DNA of 63,495 nucleotides, filler included, from Chiloscyllium plagiosum (taxonomy: Eukaryota), in the NCBI RefSeq assembly GCF_004010195.1. It is 5 parts of one record of this genome, joined end to end, with 100 filler letters (N's around TTAATTAATTAA, not from the genome) between each part and the next. Parts side by side here need not be neighbours in the genome. Positions count along the whole stretch, not along the records: positions 1 to 13,534 come from NC_057717.1; positions 13,635 to 35,582 come from NC_057717.1; 3 more parts are not named here. One strand, 5' to 3'. The notes under the pieces were generated by a model that ran no database searches, was not told the origin of the DNA, and saw only the letters and a list, made by a program, of their open reading frames with translations. Positions 11,419 to 24,600 of this stretch are shown here, in pieces (within the stretch, counting starts at the first letter, position 1; each line of letters opens with the position of its first letter). Both the position numbers and the translations under genes were made by a program.

Positions 11419-12990
11419 ACTCCCCAGCATAATGACATCCTCCCTGGGACACCCCCTGTTAATACCGACACACACCAGCACCCCCTTATAAATACTGACA
11501 CACTCCTCAGAACCCCCTGTAAACACTGACCCACTCCCTGGATTCTCCCAGTAAATACTGACACACGTCCTTGGCACCATCTGTAAGTACCGACTCAGTG
11601 CCGACGACCCCACTGTAAATACCAACACACTTCTTAGGAAACCCCTATCAATAGCAACACACTCCCCTATACATTTCCTTTAAATAATGACACATGTCCC
11701 AGGATCGACTTGTAACTGCCGACACATTACCCAGGACACCCCTGTAAATAATGCCACCCTCCATGGGAATCCCTTGTAAATCTGGAGACACTCCTCAGGA
11801 CGCACTGTCAATGACGACACACACCCCAGGACGAGCCTTTAAATACCAGCACACTCACTGGGACTTTTGTATGAACACTCACCAGAAAACCCCTGTATAT
11901 CCAGACACACTCCACAGGACTGCCCAGCAAATACTGACATCCTCCCTGGGACACCTCCTGTCAATATTGACACACACCAGGACCCCCTTATAAATACTGA
12001 CACACTCTCCGGCACTGCCCTATTGATACCCACATACTCCCCAAGATCCCGGTGTAAATATCGATACACTATCTATGACGCCCTTCACCCATAAATACTG
12101 ACACATGCGCCAGGCACAATCCAGGATAGGGATCCTTGCACAATCCCCTCATCCTCCATGTAATTACGGACAGACCTCAGAGGACTTCCCTCCAAATACA
12201 AACATTCGTCCGTGGGTCGCTTCCTGAAAATAGTGAACCCCCCCACAGGAAACCTCATAAATACCGATGCAGCCCCTGTGACCACCTGTAAATACAGACA
12301 CCCTCAACTGGATCCCCTCCGTAAATACAGACACCCGCCCCAAGGTAGCCTCTTTCAAGACCGGCACATTCCCTGGGTCCACCCTATAAATACTGACACA
12401 CTCCCCAGGACCCCCATGTAAATAACTACATACTCCTGACGATAATCCTTACCAATATTGATACTACTCAACACAGCCCTGTAAATACCGACACACTTCC
12501 CTGGACTCCTGTGGAAATGCCAACACACTACCTATGAAACACCTAAAAATATTGAAACCCACCCCGGAACACACTGTGAATACCAGCATATTCCGCGGGA
12601 ACCCCACCACCCCCGTGTAAATACTGAGACAGTCCTTGGCCACACCCGTGTACATACCAAAACTCTGGCTGGGCTCCCCTCTCAGTATTGATGTCCTGCC
12701 CAGGACCTACCTGCAAACACCGGAGCACTTCTCGGGACCCTTCGTAACTATGTACACATTTCCTGGGACCCCACAGTAAATACTGACACTGTACTGCCCA
12801 GGACCCACCTGCAAACACCGGCACATTCCTCGGGACCCTTCATAACTATGTACACATTCCCCAAGGACCCCCCTGTAAATACCAACACAGACCCCAGCAG
12901 ATGCCTGCAAATATCGATTCATTTCACGGGAGCCTCTGGTAAATGCCGATGCACTCCCTGGGGCTTCCCCTGTAAATACTGACACACACG
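11419..12990. repeat. Degenerate ~30-bp minisatellite (consensus about cccctgtaaatactgacacactccccaggac)
   Basis: The motif (g)taaatac(t/c)gacacac recurs at roughly 30-bp spacing throughout. Confidence 0.85.
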
Positions 12991-14095
12991 TCTCCCAATC
13001 TCTCAATCTCTTCTTACCCATCTCTTTTCCTCTGTCTCTCTACCCCCTCTCTGTCTCTCTATCGCTCTCTCTGCCACCTTTCGACTCTCTCTTGCTCTCC
13101 TCTCTCCCACTCTCTCTCGATCTTTACATCCCACTTTTTCTCTCACTCTGTCTCTCGCACCCTCCCTCCTTCTCTCTCACTATACTCCCGCCCGGCACTC
13201 TCTCCACCCTCTCTGACACCTCCATGTCTCTCTCACTATCCCGTTCCACACTCTATCTCGACCCCTCTAAATCTCTGTCTACCTTCCACCACTCTCCCAC
13301 TTCCACTCTCCCTGTCCTTCAAACTTCTCTCTCAGCCCCTCCCACTCTCTATTCTCTCTTCCCTCTGCCCACTCTCTCTCTCAAACCCCCTCCCACGGTC
13401 TATCTCTCTAATACCCTCCCACTCTCTCGCTATCCTCCTCTCACCCTGAGTCTGTCTCTCTCTGTCCCCTCCCATTCTGTCTCTCTCCCTGACTCCCTCT
13501 CTCCCTCCAATCCCAAATTCTCTGTCTCAACCTGNNNNNNNNNNNNNNNNNNNNNNNNNNNNNNNNNNNNNNNNNNNNTTAATTAATTAANNNNNNNNNN
13601 NNNNNNNNNNNNNNNNNNNNNNNNNNNNNNNNNNTCGCTATACGGCTCTCACATTTTCTCTCTACACATCCTTCGCACTCTCTGTCTGTTGACCCCTCCC
13701 ATTCTCTCTCTATTTCAGCTCCTTCTTTATCTCTCTAAATCACTCCCACACTCTCTCTCTTTGCACCCACTTACCACCTCGCGCTCTCTCTCACTCTTTC
13801 TCGACCACCCTTAAACTCTCTCTCCACTTCCGTTCCACTCTCTTTCTCTACCCCGTCTCACTCTCTCTACTCCACTCTCTCTCTCCAACAGTCTCCCTCT
13901 CGCACACATTCACTTTCTACCACACTCCCACTCTCTTCATCTCAACCCTTTCTCTCTGTCTAACTCGCTTGCTTTCTCTCTCTTCCCACTCTCTCTCTGT
14001 CTTTCTCACGATCACCTTCCCACTCTCGCTCTACCCTCATCGAACTCTCCCTGTTACTCTTCCACTCTCCCACTTTCACTCTCTCTCTTCCAGCC
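12990..14095. repeat. CT-rich polypyrimidine low-complexity tract
   Basis: Dominated by tctc/ctccc words; spans an artificial spacer. Confidence 0.9.
13535..13634. other. Artificial 100-bp assembly spacer (also at 35583-35682, 48873-48972, 56767-56866)
   Basis: 44 N + TTAATTAATTAA + 44 N, identical four times; the 12-mer gives stop codons in all six frames. Confidence 0.97.
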
Positions 14096-14404
14096 GCTTC
14101 CAAGACAGGGCGTGAGGAGGTAGGGGGAGAGCGAGGGATAGAGAACGAGAGAACGAGATGTAGGCGATTGAGTCGAGATGGGGCCAACAGGCTTGAGAGA
14201 TCAATTCTGCTGAGACTATGTCGGAGTGGCGCACCCACAGGTGAAAACAACCCAGAGTGACTGAAACCCAACTGCTGAGCGCAGGCCCAGGGTCACTCCC
14301 CTTCCCTGAGGACCATGGCTTGGGCCAGACTCTGTGTCTGTCCTGCTTAGCTTCTTCAACACAAAGACAAACGACAAAATCGTTCACTCTGCTGATCAAC
14401 CCTT

Positions 14405-14410
14405 TTTATT
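14405..14410 (-). promoter_or_regulatory. Candidate polyadenylation signal of the GPCR gene
   Basis: AATAAA on the minus strand ~250 bp downstream of the stop codon. Confidence 0.5.
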
Positions 14411-14661
14411 TAACATAATTTTTGTTTACAGGTTAAACTGATAGTTACAGTGAATGGGATAGCGCTTTTTTAGACTGGCCCCAGAGTTTACAAAAACATT
14501 GAAAATTCTCCCTCGACACCCACCACCACCCCCATCACCACAACCACTACCCCGTGGGAAATGGTTGGACAAACGAACGCTATTGTAAGTCTGTTGCCAT
14601 AGACCACGGTCCTTCACGTCTGAAACAGTGAATTGAAGTGAGAAAATCCCGGATGGATTGA

Positions 14662-15569
14662 TTAATGAGTTAATTTGATTGATTGATGAACTTGGGTAAA
14701 AGGGTATTTCAGCACCTTCTTCAGCTGCTGCCTGAACTTAGTCTGGGTCACAGCATAAATTGCGGTGTTTGTGCAGCAACTGTGGAGCTGCAGCATGAAG
14801 CCTAATTCCCGCACAAAGGGATCTAGATACCCAGACCGATACCCAAAATCACGCATCCGGCTCCAAATAGAAAACACCATTAACGTTGACCATAACAGGA
14901 CGAAATTGGCCGAGATCATAAACAGTAAAAGTATGGATTTTTTTCGATTTCTCATTTCTGTGTCAGACTGAGCGTCCCCATTGGGGTGAGTCCGGAGTCT
15001 CCTGCGGGCTCTGTTGGTCACTAAAATGTGTCTGATGGTGAGATCATTGAGAAGCAGGATCAGGAGAAATGGGACACACGGGGTTAGAATGTGGTGGAGG
15101 AACTCGATTGTGACCCAGACCCAGGAAAACATAACAGCGAATAGTGTATTACAAAACCAGACGGTGCTCCCCAGCCGATAATGAGCTGAAAACATAAAAT
15201 ACCAGAAAATGTTCTTTAAACAGCTCAGCACAGTCACTGCTCCCAGAACCACAGCCGCCGTTTTCTCACTGCAATATTTACTTTTCAGCTTTTGGCAACA
15301 AATTGCCACAAACCGATCAAAGGTGAAAGTGACGGTGAACCATACAGAACAATCAATGGCTGCATAAAGCAGGACGGCGTGGATATTACACAAGGGGATG
15401 TCCCTCAGGAAATAAAACTGTTCCTGATAAACAATGGAAATTTGTCTCAGTATAAGGTCGAGGATAATGACCAGTAGATCCGCCACTGCCATGGCCCCCA
15501 GGTAACGTTTGACACATGGAGATAATCCACAATCTTTACAAAGCAGAACGTAGATCGTCAATACGTTAA
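14662..15569 (-). CDS. Class A orphan GPCR, GPR139/GPR142-like; large 3' coding exon (end of TM1 to stop)
   Basis: Uninterrupted frame with VNVLTIYVL, YLGAMAVADLLVII (TM2), FTFDRFVAICC (DRY-like), CCTNTAIYAVTQTKFR (TM7/helix 8). Polypyrimidine tract and CAG acceptor (AG at 15571-15570), phase 1. The ORF-track start at 15594 is intronic. Confidence 0.92.
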
Positions 15570-16589
15570 CTGTGAGGAATGAAAACAAACACATTATCCA
15601 TCAGCCTGGAGGCAAAGCGATCAGTATGATGGAGGATGCAGTCGGATTTTCAAATCTGTCACTGCATTCGGAGATTTATTAAAATAATTGAGCTGAAATA
15701 ACAAATGAGATGGTGCCAGAAACATGTGCCATAAAACTCAAGAAACATTCATTCCCCAAACACACAGAAACACACACATAAGGACAGATGGTTTCTTTAA
15801 CATTCCCACACACTCAATCACTCGAGAGCAGGCACAGCTCACTTCTTTCCAGTTCCTGATATGTGGGGTGAAAACATTGTTGTCCTGGAGGTTTCCCTCC
15901 CGGTTCGTTGAAGACAAATAGAGGTTGTAAGTTTCTGTCTTTTATTTTAAATTATAGTCGATTGTCTGTCATAAAGAAATGTAAACGCAGGGGAAAAAGT
16001 ATTCACCTCTTTATGCCTGAGGGAACATCGGAACAGTTTCTCGTTCTCCTTGGAGATGGATCTCTTCACTCATGATCTTGCCTTTTGCTCAGTTCACTCT
16101 CGTCCAGCCATTCACAAATAAAGTCAGGTATAAAATGTTCCAGGGAACATCAGTTACAGAATATTTCGGAGCATGTTGGGGTCAGAATTTTGCAAGACTC
16201 TCCTAAATGAAAATGCAGATGTCATCTCTTCTTCAGCTATTTCCCCCACTTCCTTTTCAATTTTGTCTCACACTCCAAGCTTGAAATTGTATTTGATATT
16301 CAGTTCCCAATATCGGTCGCTCTGTAGATATGTCTCTTTAATACCATTAAATCATATCAATTTCCCTGAATATATGTTTTGAATTACACAGTCTGTTTTG
16401 AGAATGCAACACACATTTAGTTGGAGGAACTTTCATTCAGCTTTCTAACCGACAACTCCCTGCTCTATTGTTCCTTTATTCCTCATATTGACACGGTCAA
16501 TAAACAGTTTGTTATCGTCAAACACACAGAATCGGACCTGATGGGTCATGTTTCGTGAACCTCCAAAGCCATTCCTGGGGATGACCCAT

Positions 16590-17530
16590 CCCACCAGCAG
16601 GGCAGACCCACTAGTGGTGACTATGCTGTGTGATATAGTCAGGAAATGAGTTACTCTGGAATTCCTAAACATTGATTCTAGAACCCCTGAATTCACATGA
16701 TAATACGTCAGAGATACTCAAAGAAATCTGATGATGGACATCTATTGGCTTTCACACCACCCGTCGGTGATAACTCAGGTCCCCACGACGTTGAAAACAA
16801 GTCGGAGGAAGCACTGAGGGTGACAAGGGCACAGAACATATCCTGGGTGTAGGACCTCAATGTCCATCACCAAGATTGCCTTCCCAGACCCACCACTAAC
16901 TGAGCAGATAGAGGTCTCAAATGCACAGCAGCCAGGTTGCGGGAACTGATGGCGGAACCAACAAGAGGGAATCATTCTCACCAAGCACCATGTCACAGAT
17001 GGATCTGTCCAGAACGGTATCTGTAGGAACAGCATAGCGCCACTTCTCCACGGAACACAGAAGCTTTTGACCTCTGTGTTGCTGGACAAATCTACGTCAG
17101 GCTGTCTAAGTTTATTAAACTGGTAACCTTGCTTTAAACAGACCGTACTCCGAGAGATTCTTCTGACTGGGCCATTAGTTTATTAAAGTAAGGCATCTTG
17201 ATGCAATTCTGTTCATTCTTTTAACCGATCTCGAACCAAGAGGTCCCTTTGGAGGTGTCTTCAGCACTACCACCTGTGAAGTAGGACGAACAAATGGAAA
17301 CTGGGCATCCATGAGGCATTGTGCACGATCAGCAGCTGCAACATCAAAGGCCTTCCCTCCATCATAAGGTCAGAAGGAGGCTTTTCACTGGTGGTTCCAA
17401 AATGTTCAGCAACATTCACAACCGCACTGACACTGCAACAGACTATTCAGCCAATTGCAGCAGATCTGTTGATCTCTCATATCTGTTACCCCAGAAATGG
17501 AAGGGAACATTCAGCCGTTTCAAGCTGCTA
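16590..17530 (+). mobile_element. Old LINE fragments (endonuclease and RT remnants)
   Basis: tgggtgtaggacctcaatgtccatcaccaaga resembles the endonuclease motif GDFNVHH; further RT-like remnants near 17290-17530. Confidence 0.55.
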
Positions 17531-18174
17531 CATAGGAATATGGGGAAGACGGTTTTCTGCGCCATGAGCAGGGATAAATTAGGGAACAATCAGTCTTTGT
17601 TAATTTACTGAATATAGTGACACAGTGACCAGTGCTGGGGCCTTATCTATTTGCAACCAATGTCAACGTTTTCGAAAGTGCAAAAATGTATTCTAACTAC
17701 GATAGACAGGAACATCATTTATCTGGAGAAGGTAGAGAATCTCTAACTGGATAGTAATGAACAACAATTTGGCAGCTGTAATATAACATGGGCATTCATG
17801 AACCTGTGAAATTTTACAGACAAAAAGGCTGTATATTACGTAAATGGAGAGAGATTAAGGACTTACCAACATCGTACTGGAGAGTTCACTCTGACACGTT
17901 TAAAAATCGGAAGCGTTGCTCCATCTCTCTGATTATCTACTCCCTGATGTTTGTTGTGCTGTCAGTACACTCGGGAGTTTTTGATGGGTTTGGTTGGTGT
18001 GGGGAGTGGTGACGCATGGTGTGGAACGATGCTTTGGTGTGTATCAATTGCACGGCCTTCATCCAAAAGGCCATCCTTTCTTTCTACGTGGATCACTGAA
18101 GACGATGGGAATGGCTAACTGCTTCTGAGTGAAGAGACTGTGGCTGCTGCCAGAAAAGTGGGCATTCACCAACA

Positions 18175-19042
18175 TAGAGTTATAGAATCGTAGAGATGTA
18201 CAGCATGGAAACAGACCCTTCGGTCCAACCCGTCCATGCCGACCAGATATCCCAACCCAATCTATTCCCACCAGCCAGCACCAGGCCCATATCCCTCCAA
18301 GCTGAAAATGTGGTGCTGAAAAATCGCAGCAGATCAGGCAGCATCCAGGAGAATTCTCCTGTTCCTTGGATGCTGCCTGACCTGCTGCGCTTTTCCAGCA
18401 ACACATTTTCAGCTCTGATCTCCAGCATCATCAGCCCTCAATTTCTCTTCCCATATCCCTCCAAACCCTTCCTATTCATATACCCATCAAAATGCCTCTT
18501 AAATGTTGCAATTGTACCAGCCTCCACCACATCCTCTGGCAGCTCATTCCATACACGAACCACTCTCTGCGTGAGAAAGTAGCGTCTTAGGTCTCTTTAA
18601 TATCTTTCCCCTCTCACCCTAAACCTATGCTCTCTAGTTCTGGACTCACCAACCACAGAGAAAAGACTTTGCCTGTTCAGCTTCTCCCTGTAGCTCAGAT
18701 CCTCCAACCCTGGCAACATCCTTGTAAATAGTTTCTGAACCCTTTCAAGTTTCACAAAATCTTTCCGGTAGGAAGGAGACCAGAATTGCACGCAATATTC
18801 CAACAGTGGCCAAACCAATGACCTGTACAGCCGCAACATGTCCTCCCAACCCATGTACCCAAGACTCTGACCAATAAAGGAAAACATGCCAAACGCCTTC
18901 TTCACTATCCTATCTACCCGCGACTCCACTTTCCAGGAGCTATGAACCTGCACTCCAAGGTCTCTTTGTTCCACAACACTCCCAAGGATCTTACCATTAA
19001 GTGTATAAGTCCTGCTAAGATGTGTTTTCCCAAAATGCAGCA
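18175..19042 (-). mobile_element. CR1-type LINE 3' end
   Basis: ORF 18597-19043 has EQRDLGVQVH...LEYCVQFWSPSYRKD; the 3' tail is shared with the SINEs. Confidence 0.9.
18301..18449. mobile_element. Palindromic PLE-derived element, family B (ribozyme part deleted at centre)
   Basis: Inverted repeat gctgaaaatgtg...cacattttcagc; 15-bp TSD CCCATATCCCTCCAA at 18286-18300 and 18450-18464. Confidence 0.88.
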
Positions 19043-19046
19043 TTGG

Positions 19047-19268
19047 CAGCTATGCAGATTACAGCAGTGCACTCATCTATAAACCTGGAGTAGATATCTG
19101 TCTAGAACCGGGAACGATGCAGACCACCGCAGTACATTGATCTATAGACCCGGACTAGATACCTTCCCAAAACGGGGAGCTGTACAGACCACAGCAATGC
19201 ATTGACCTATAAACCCGGATTAGATAGCTGTCAAGCACGGAGAGCTATGCACACTCCAGCCGTACTTC
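19047..19268. repeat. Degenerate ~65-bp tandem repeat, about 3.3 copies
   Basis: Units share (a)tgcagaccacagcagt...tctataaaccYggantagata. Confidence 0.75.
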
Positions 19269-19637
19269 TGAATCAATGCCACTCTGATTAAAGCATTTGG
19301 ACGAGGTGAGATGATTTTTTATTCACTTTCTCGAACTTTCAATGCTTTTTTTGATGCACTCTTCACAATTAGAGTGAGGATTGACTGTCGAGTCCTGAAA
19401 CAAACCCAATAGCAGCCTAAGTGCCATCAATGGTTATGTTGTTCTCCTTCGTCAATCTATGTCAAGGACAGCATCACAAGGAATCGGACAAGAACACTCT
19501 GAGTCTCTAAAGTTATTTTTGAAGAAGGAGAAAAGCCGGGAAATGTCCTTAACATGACGGCAGGTTTGGAATGCTCCAGCCACAACTCTTCTGCTTCGCC
19601 CACTCTTTGGTACTTTTTATTTTTATTCGGTTTTCAG

Positions 19638-19932
19638 GGGTTAGCCCTGCTGCCTCACAACACCAAGGTCCCAATTTCGATCCCAATCTCACATGATCGT
19701 CTGTATGGAGTTTGTTTGTTCTCCCTGTGCCTTCGTGGTATTCCGTCCGGGTGCTCCAGTTTCCTTCCACTGTCCAAAAATGTGCAGGTCAGGTGAATTG
19801 GCCATGCTACATTGCACGTAGTGTTAGGTGCATTAGTCAGGTGGAAATAGGTCTGGGTGGGTTACTCCTCGGAGGATTGGTGTGGACGTGTCTGCGTCGA
19901 ACGACTGTTTGCAGACTGAAAGGAATCTAACC
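19638..19932 (+). mobile_element. Decayed HE1/V-SINE
   Basis: ggttagccctgctgcctcaca...gtccaaaaatgtgcaggtcaggtgaattggccatgcta. Confidence 0.8.
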
Positions 19933-20039
19933 TAGGAGGAGTTTGCTTACCAATAGTTTAGTTTTATACAGTTACACTGAAAGGAAAGGAAGAGGTGAGT
20001 CCCAGACCGGAGGCTGATGCAGGGATGCAAGATTTCGAA

Positions 20040-21300
20040 ATTGTGGTCGACGCACAATGCAGTCTGGAGTGAGGGTGCAGTACGGTCCAGAGATTGGACA
20101 TGCTGCAGTCCTGACACTGGGCCAAGTGCAGTCCGGAGACTGAGCCTGGTGCAGTCTGGAGACTGGTTTCAGGGTGGTCTGTCGACTGGGTCTGACGTGG
20201 TCAGGAGATTGCGCCCTGTACAGGCTGGAGACTCGGACCGGCGTGGGAAGGAGATTGTGCCAGGTGTGATCTGGTAACTAGGCACAATGCGGCCGCGAGA
20301 CTAGGCCTGAATCAGTGTGGAGACAGGGTCCGGTGCGATCTGGAGGCTGGGTCGGGTGAGGCCTGGAGACTGAGCCTCGTGAAGTCTCGTGACTCAGCAT
20401 GGTCTGGTCTTATGACTCAGACCCGAGTGGTCTGGAGTCTCTGCCTGGTGTAGTCTGGAGAATGGGCCTGGCATAGTCTGGGAACTTGGCCTAGCGTCGT
20501 CTGGAGACTGGGCCTATGTGGTCTGGAGACTGTTCCCGGTGCAGTCTGATGAAATAGAAGTGGAACGATCTGCAGACTGGACCAAGTGCGGTCTGGAGAC
20601 TGAGCCCTATGAGATCTGGAGACAGGGTTCGCTGTTGTCTGGAGACTGGGTCCAATGCGATCTGGAGACTTGGCCCAGTGCGGCCTGGATACTGTGGCTG
20701 GTGCGGTCTCGAAACTGGAGCTGCCGTGGTATTGAGACTGGGCCCCGTGCGGTCTGGAGACTGGAACCAGTGTGCCTAGAATTTAGATCCCGTTGCATAC
20801 TGGAGACTCTGCATGGTGGGGTCTGGAGATTCAGCCCGCTGCAATCTGTCCACTGAGCCCAGCACAGTATGGACACTGGGCACAGTGTGGTCGGGAGACT
20901 AGGCCTGCTGCCATCTGGAGATTGGCCCAATATGGTCTGGTGACTGAGTCCAGTGCGGTCTGGAGTCGGGTCCCATTGCAGACGGGAAACTGGGCCCACG
21001 GCTGTCTGTAGTCTCAGGCTGGTGGTGCCGGGAGACTGGTCGCGGTGAGGTGTGGAGACTGGGTCCTGTGCTGTCTGGAGTCTAGTCCCATTGCAGACGG
21101 GAGACTTGGTCTACGGTGGTCTATAGTCTCAGGCTGCTGGTGTCTGGAGACTGGTATCGGTGAGGTCTGGAGACTGGACTTGGTTCGGTCTGGAAACTGG
21201 GCCCTGCTCAGAGTGGAGACTGTGACTGATGTGGGCTGTAGACTGGACCTGGTGGGGCCTGGGGACTGCGCCTGGTGTGGTCCGGTGAATGGAGTGTTCG
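20040..21300. repeat. Degenerate ~23-bp satellite (consensus about gtctggagactgggcccggtgcg)
   Basis: tctggagact recurs dozens of times at roughly 22-24-bp spacing. Confidence 0.85.
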
Positions 21301-21525
21301 GACTGTAAATTGAGTCGTTTCTTTTTTCCTTTTTCTTGATGCTCAGGAATTTATTTTATTATTCTTTCAAAAATGTACCGAATGTTTACGCATGTGTACC
21401 TCGGTAGAGAATGCCTCCAGTGTGGAACCAGGCTATGTGGCCCAAGTCCACACCGACACTTTGAATAATGACTACCCAGAACTATTCTAGCTATCCTGTC
21501 ACTCTGCATTGACTTGGATAAATGT

Positions 21526-21685
21526 TGGACTGCAGATGTTGGAGATCAGAGTCGATACAGTGATGCTGGAAACATACAGCAGGTCAGGTAACATCCGAGG
21601 TGCAGGAGAACCGACGTTTCAGGATTTCTCCTGCTCCTCGGAAGTTGCCTGATCTGCTGTGTTTTTCCAGCACTACACTCTCTAC
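21526..21685. mobile_element. Degenerate palindromic PLE-derived element, family B
   Basis: gctggaaacatacagcaggtcagg ... cctgatctgctgtgtttttccagc arms; centre retains gacgtttc. Confidence 0.7.
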
Positions 21686-24600
21686 GCTATATTTACCGCC
21701 GACTAATGTACGGAACCGACACATCCCTGTACGCTATCAGAAATTTAGCATGGCGAATTCATTCTCACTTGCACACCTTTGGATTTTCAGCGAAATGGAT
21801 CGTCTGAAAGAAACCCGTGCAAACACGGGAGGAGTGAGCAAACGCCACACAGTCACCCGAGCGTGGAAGTGAACCTGCGTCCTTGGCATTGTGAGACAGC
21901 AGCGCGAACCACCGAGCCATGCTGCTGACTGAATTATGTATCTGACATGGCACAATAAGCAAGGATACTGCATGCTATTCCCTGCAGTCATTACCGCACT
22001 CACAAAAATCAAAGCAATTCAATTCAAATCTGAGAGATCACTATCTTTGATTCCTTTTCGAAACGAAGTTACTGCTTGTGGTGTGGCATGGGGTCGTCAG
22101 CAGAGGGAGTTATTACATCACTTTGAACACACGATGGAGCGACGGAGTGTGAAAGAGTGAGGAGGGACATTTTGATCCCCATTTCAATGGATTCACTCCT
22201 AATACAACAGAAACGCAAATGCTCAGAGATGCAGATGCGGAAATACACACATTAATCCACTAAAACACACACAGAGACATCGGGAATCACAGATACACGC
22301 AAACGCATGCACACACACACAAAACCTGAGACACACAAACACATGCAGATATTCGCCCCTTCAAGCCTACCTTGCCATTCAGTAAGACCATGGGTAATCT
22401 GATCTATGCCTCACCTTTATTTCCACTTTGGAAATTACGCAGGGCAAGTGACTGAGAAGTTAGAGTGTGAGCCCTTTGGGACCAGTGACCGTAATTCTAT
22501 TAGTTTGAAAATTGTTCTGGGAAATTAGGGCCTGGTCCAAAGATAAAAATAAACTTTAGGGAAAGGATAATTTTGATGGTATCAGGCAGGAACATTTAAA
22601 AGATGTTTGGGGAAAATTGCTTGCAGGAGAGGTACATCTGGTAAATGGGAAAAAATTGTTCTGGGAAATTAGGGCCTGGTCCAAAGATAAAAATAAACTT
22701 TAGGGAAAGGATAATTTTGATGGTATCAGGCAGGAACATTTAAAAGAAGTTTGGGGAAAATTGTTTGCAGGTAGAGGTACATCTGGTAAATGGGAATCTT
22801 TCAAAAGTGACATAACGGGAGGTCATGTACAGCATATTTCTATCAGCGCGAAGGGCAGTGCTAGTATCAGTAGAGAACTGAACTTGACTGGAGATATTGA
22901 GGCACTGCTCAAGGAAAATGAGGAAAGTATATGCAAGCTACTGGCAACTGGATCAAGTGAATCCCTCGAGCATACGGAGTGTAGGAGTACACTTAGCAGG
23001 GAAATTAGGAGGGCAAAAAGGGAGCTTGAGATAGCCTTGGCTGATCAGGTAATGAAGAATGGAAAAACATTATGCAAATATATTAAGGGCAAAAAAAAGT
23101 AGAGTGACACTCGGGCCCCTTAAATGTAAAAGAGACTTCTATGCGTGGAACCACAGCGTATGAATTAGGTTTATTAGGTTTATTGTCACGTGTATTTACA
23201 CGAGGACAGCGAAACGTTTACAAATCGCCACATGTGACACAATCTTAAGTACAAATGTACCCACCTCCATAGGTACAGAACCTTGGTGCAATGTGGAAAA
23301 AATAACTAAATCAAAGTTTCCTGCAAAAAGCCCTTTCTGTAAAAGTGGAAAAAAAAACAGTTAAGAGCTCAACGACACAATCCTTAAATGCAAGGCCATA
23401 TGGCGTTCACACTTCTCACCAGGACTGAAACTTCCACACTCTGCTGCCTTACAGCCAGTTCCTGCTTGGGTGAGGTACTACACAAATATATCACGTCAAC
23501 ATTTACTGTGGTGAAAGACATGGAAGCTCAATGAAATAAATACATGAAACGAACCCACATTACAGAAGCGGAATTCCTGCTGGTTTTGAAGCGTATAACC
23601 ATTGATACATACCCAGGATATGTTCCTCTGTATCCTGGAGCATTGCAAGAAGCTGGGGATGAATTTGTGAGCCACGAGCTGACAGATATGTAATTTCCAA
23701 AGATGCGCAGGTTAGGTGAATTGGCCATGCTAAATTGCCCCATAATATTCAGGGATGTGTAGGTTAGGTGTATTTGTCAGGGGGTAAACATCGAATAATA
23801 AGGTGGAGACCTGGAACATTAACTTTAATTTCTGTTCCCTGATGCTGCCAGACGGCTGAGCTTTCCCAGCACCTTAGGTCATTGTTTCTGTTTTACAGAA
23901 TCGACAGTTTGTTCAATATTTATTGAATCTTTGACAGCCAAGGGTGGGGTGCTGGAGGACTGGAAGACAGTTAATGTTATGGCATTATCTTGAAAAAGGC
24001 TGCACGAAAAATCCAGGGAGCTATAAACCAGCGAGTGTAATGTTTGGTGGCTCAGTGGTTAGCACTGTAGCTTCACTGTGCCACGGTCTTGGGTTCGATC
24101 CCAACCTTAGGCGACAGCTTATACGAAGTTTATCCGTTTTACTCGTGTCTGTAGGGGCTTCTCCCGGGTGCGCCGGTTTCGTCCTATGTTCCAAAGACGT
24201 GCATCTTTACTACATTAGTCATGCTGAATTACCCATCGTGTTCAGGGAGGGGACGGTCAGGTTCATTAGTGAAGGGTTAAGCGTCGAGTAATAGGGTTGG
24301 GGAATGGGCACGGATGGGATGCTGTTTGGAGTGTCGGGGTGGAGTTGTTGGGTCGAAGGGTCTGCTTGCACACTGTACGAGTACTTTAAAAGTAGTGTTT
24401 GGAGCAAATTCTGAGAGGTAGGATCTACATGCATTCGCAAAGGCAAGGACTGATATTGGACTGTCAATAAGGATTTGTGTCTGTGAAAACGTGCCTCACA
24501 AACCTGATTAAAATTTTCCAAGAGGTAACCAAGAAGATTGATGAAGCTAAAACAACATGTGTTGTCTAGGCAGACCTTAGTGAGGCCTAACGGCGTTCCA

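Noticed and set aside
10750..11628. Long ORFs spanning N runs (also 5448-6275, 25833-26528, 28689-29487)
   Set aside because: Their length comes from untranslatable gap characters.
13579..13590. Palindromic TTAATTAATTAA occurring four times
   Set aside because: Always centred in exactly 44+44 N; an assembly spacer, not biology.
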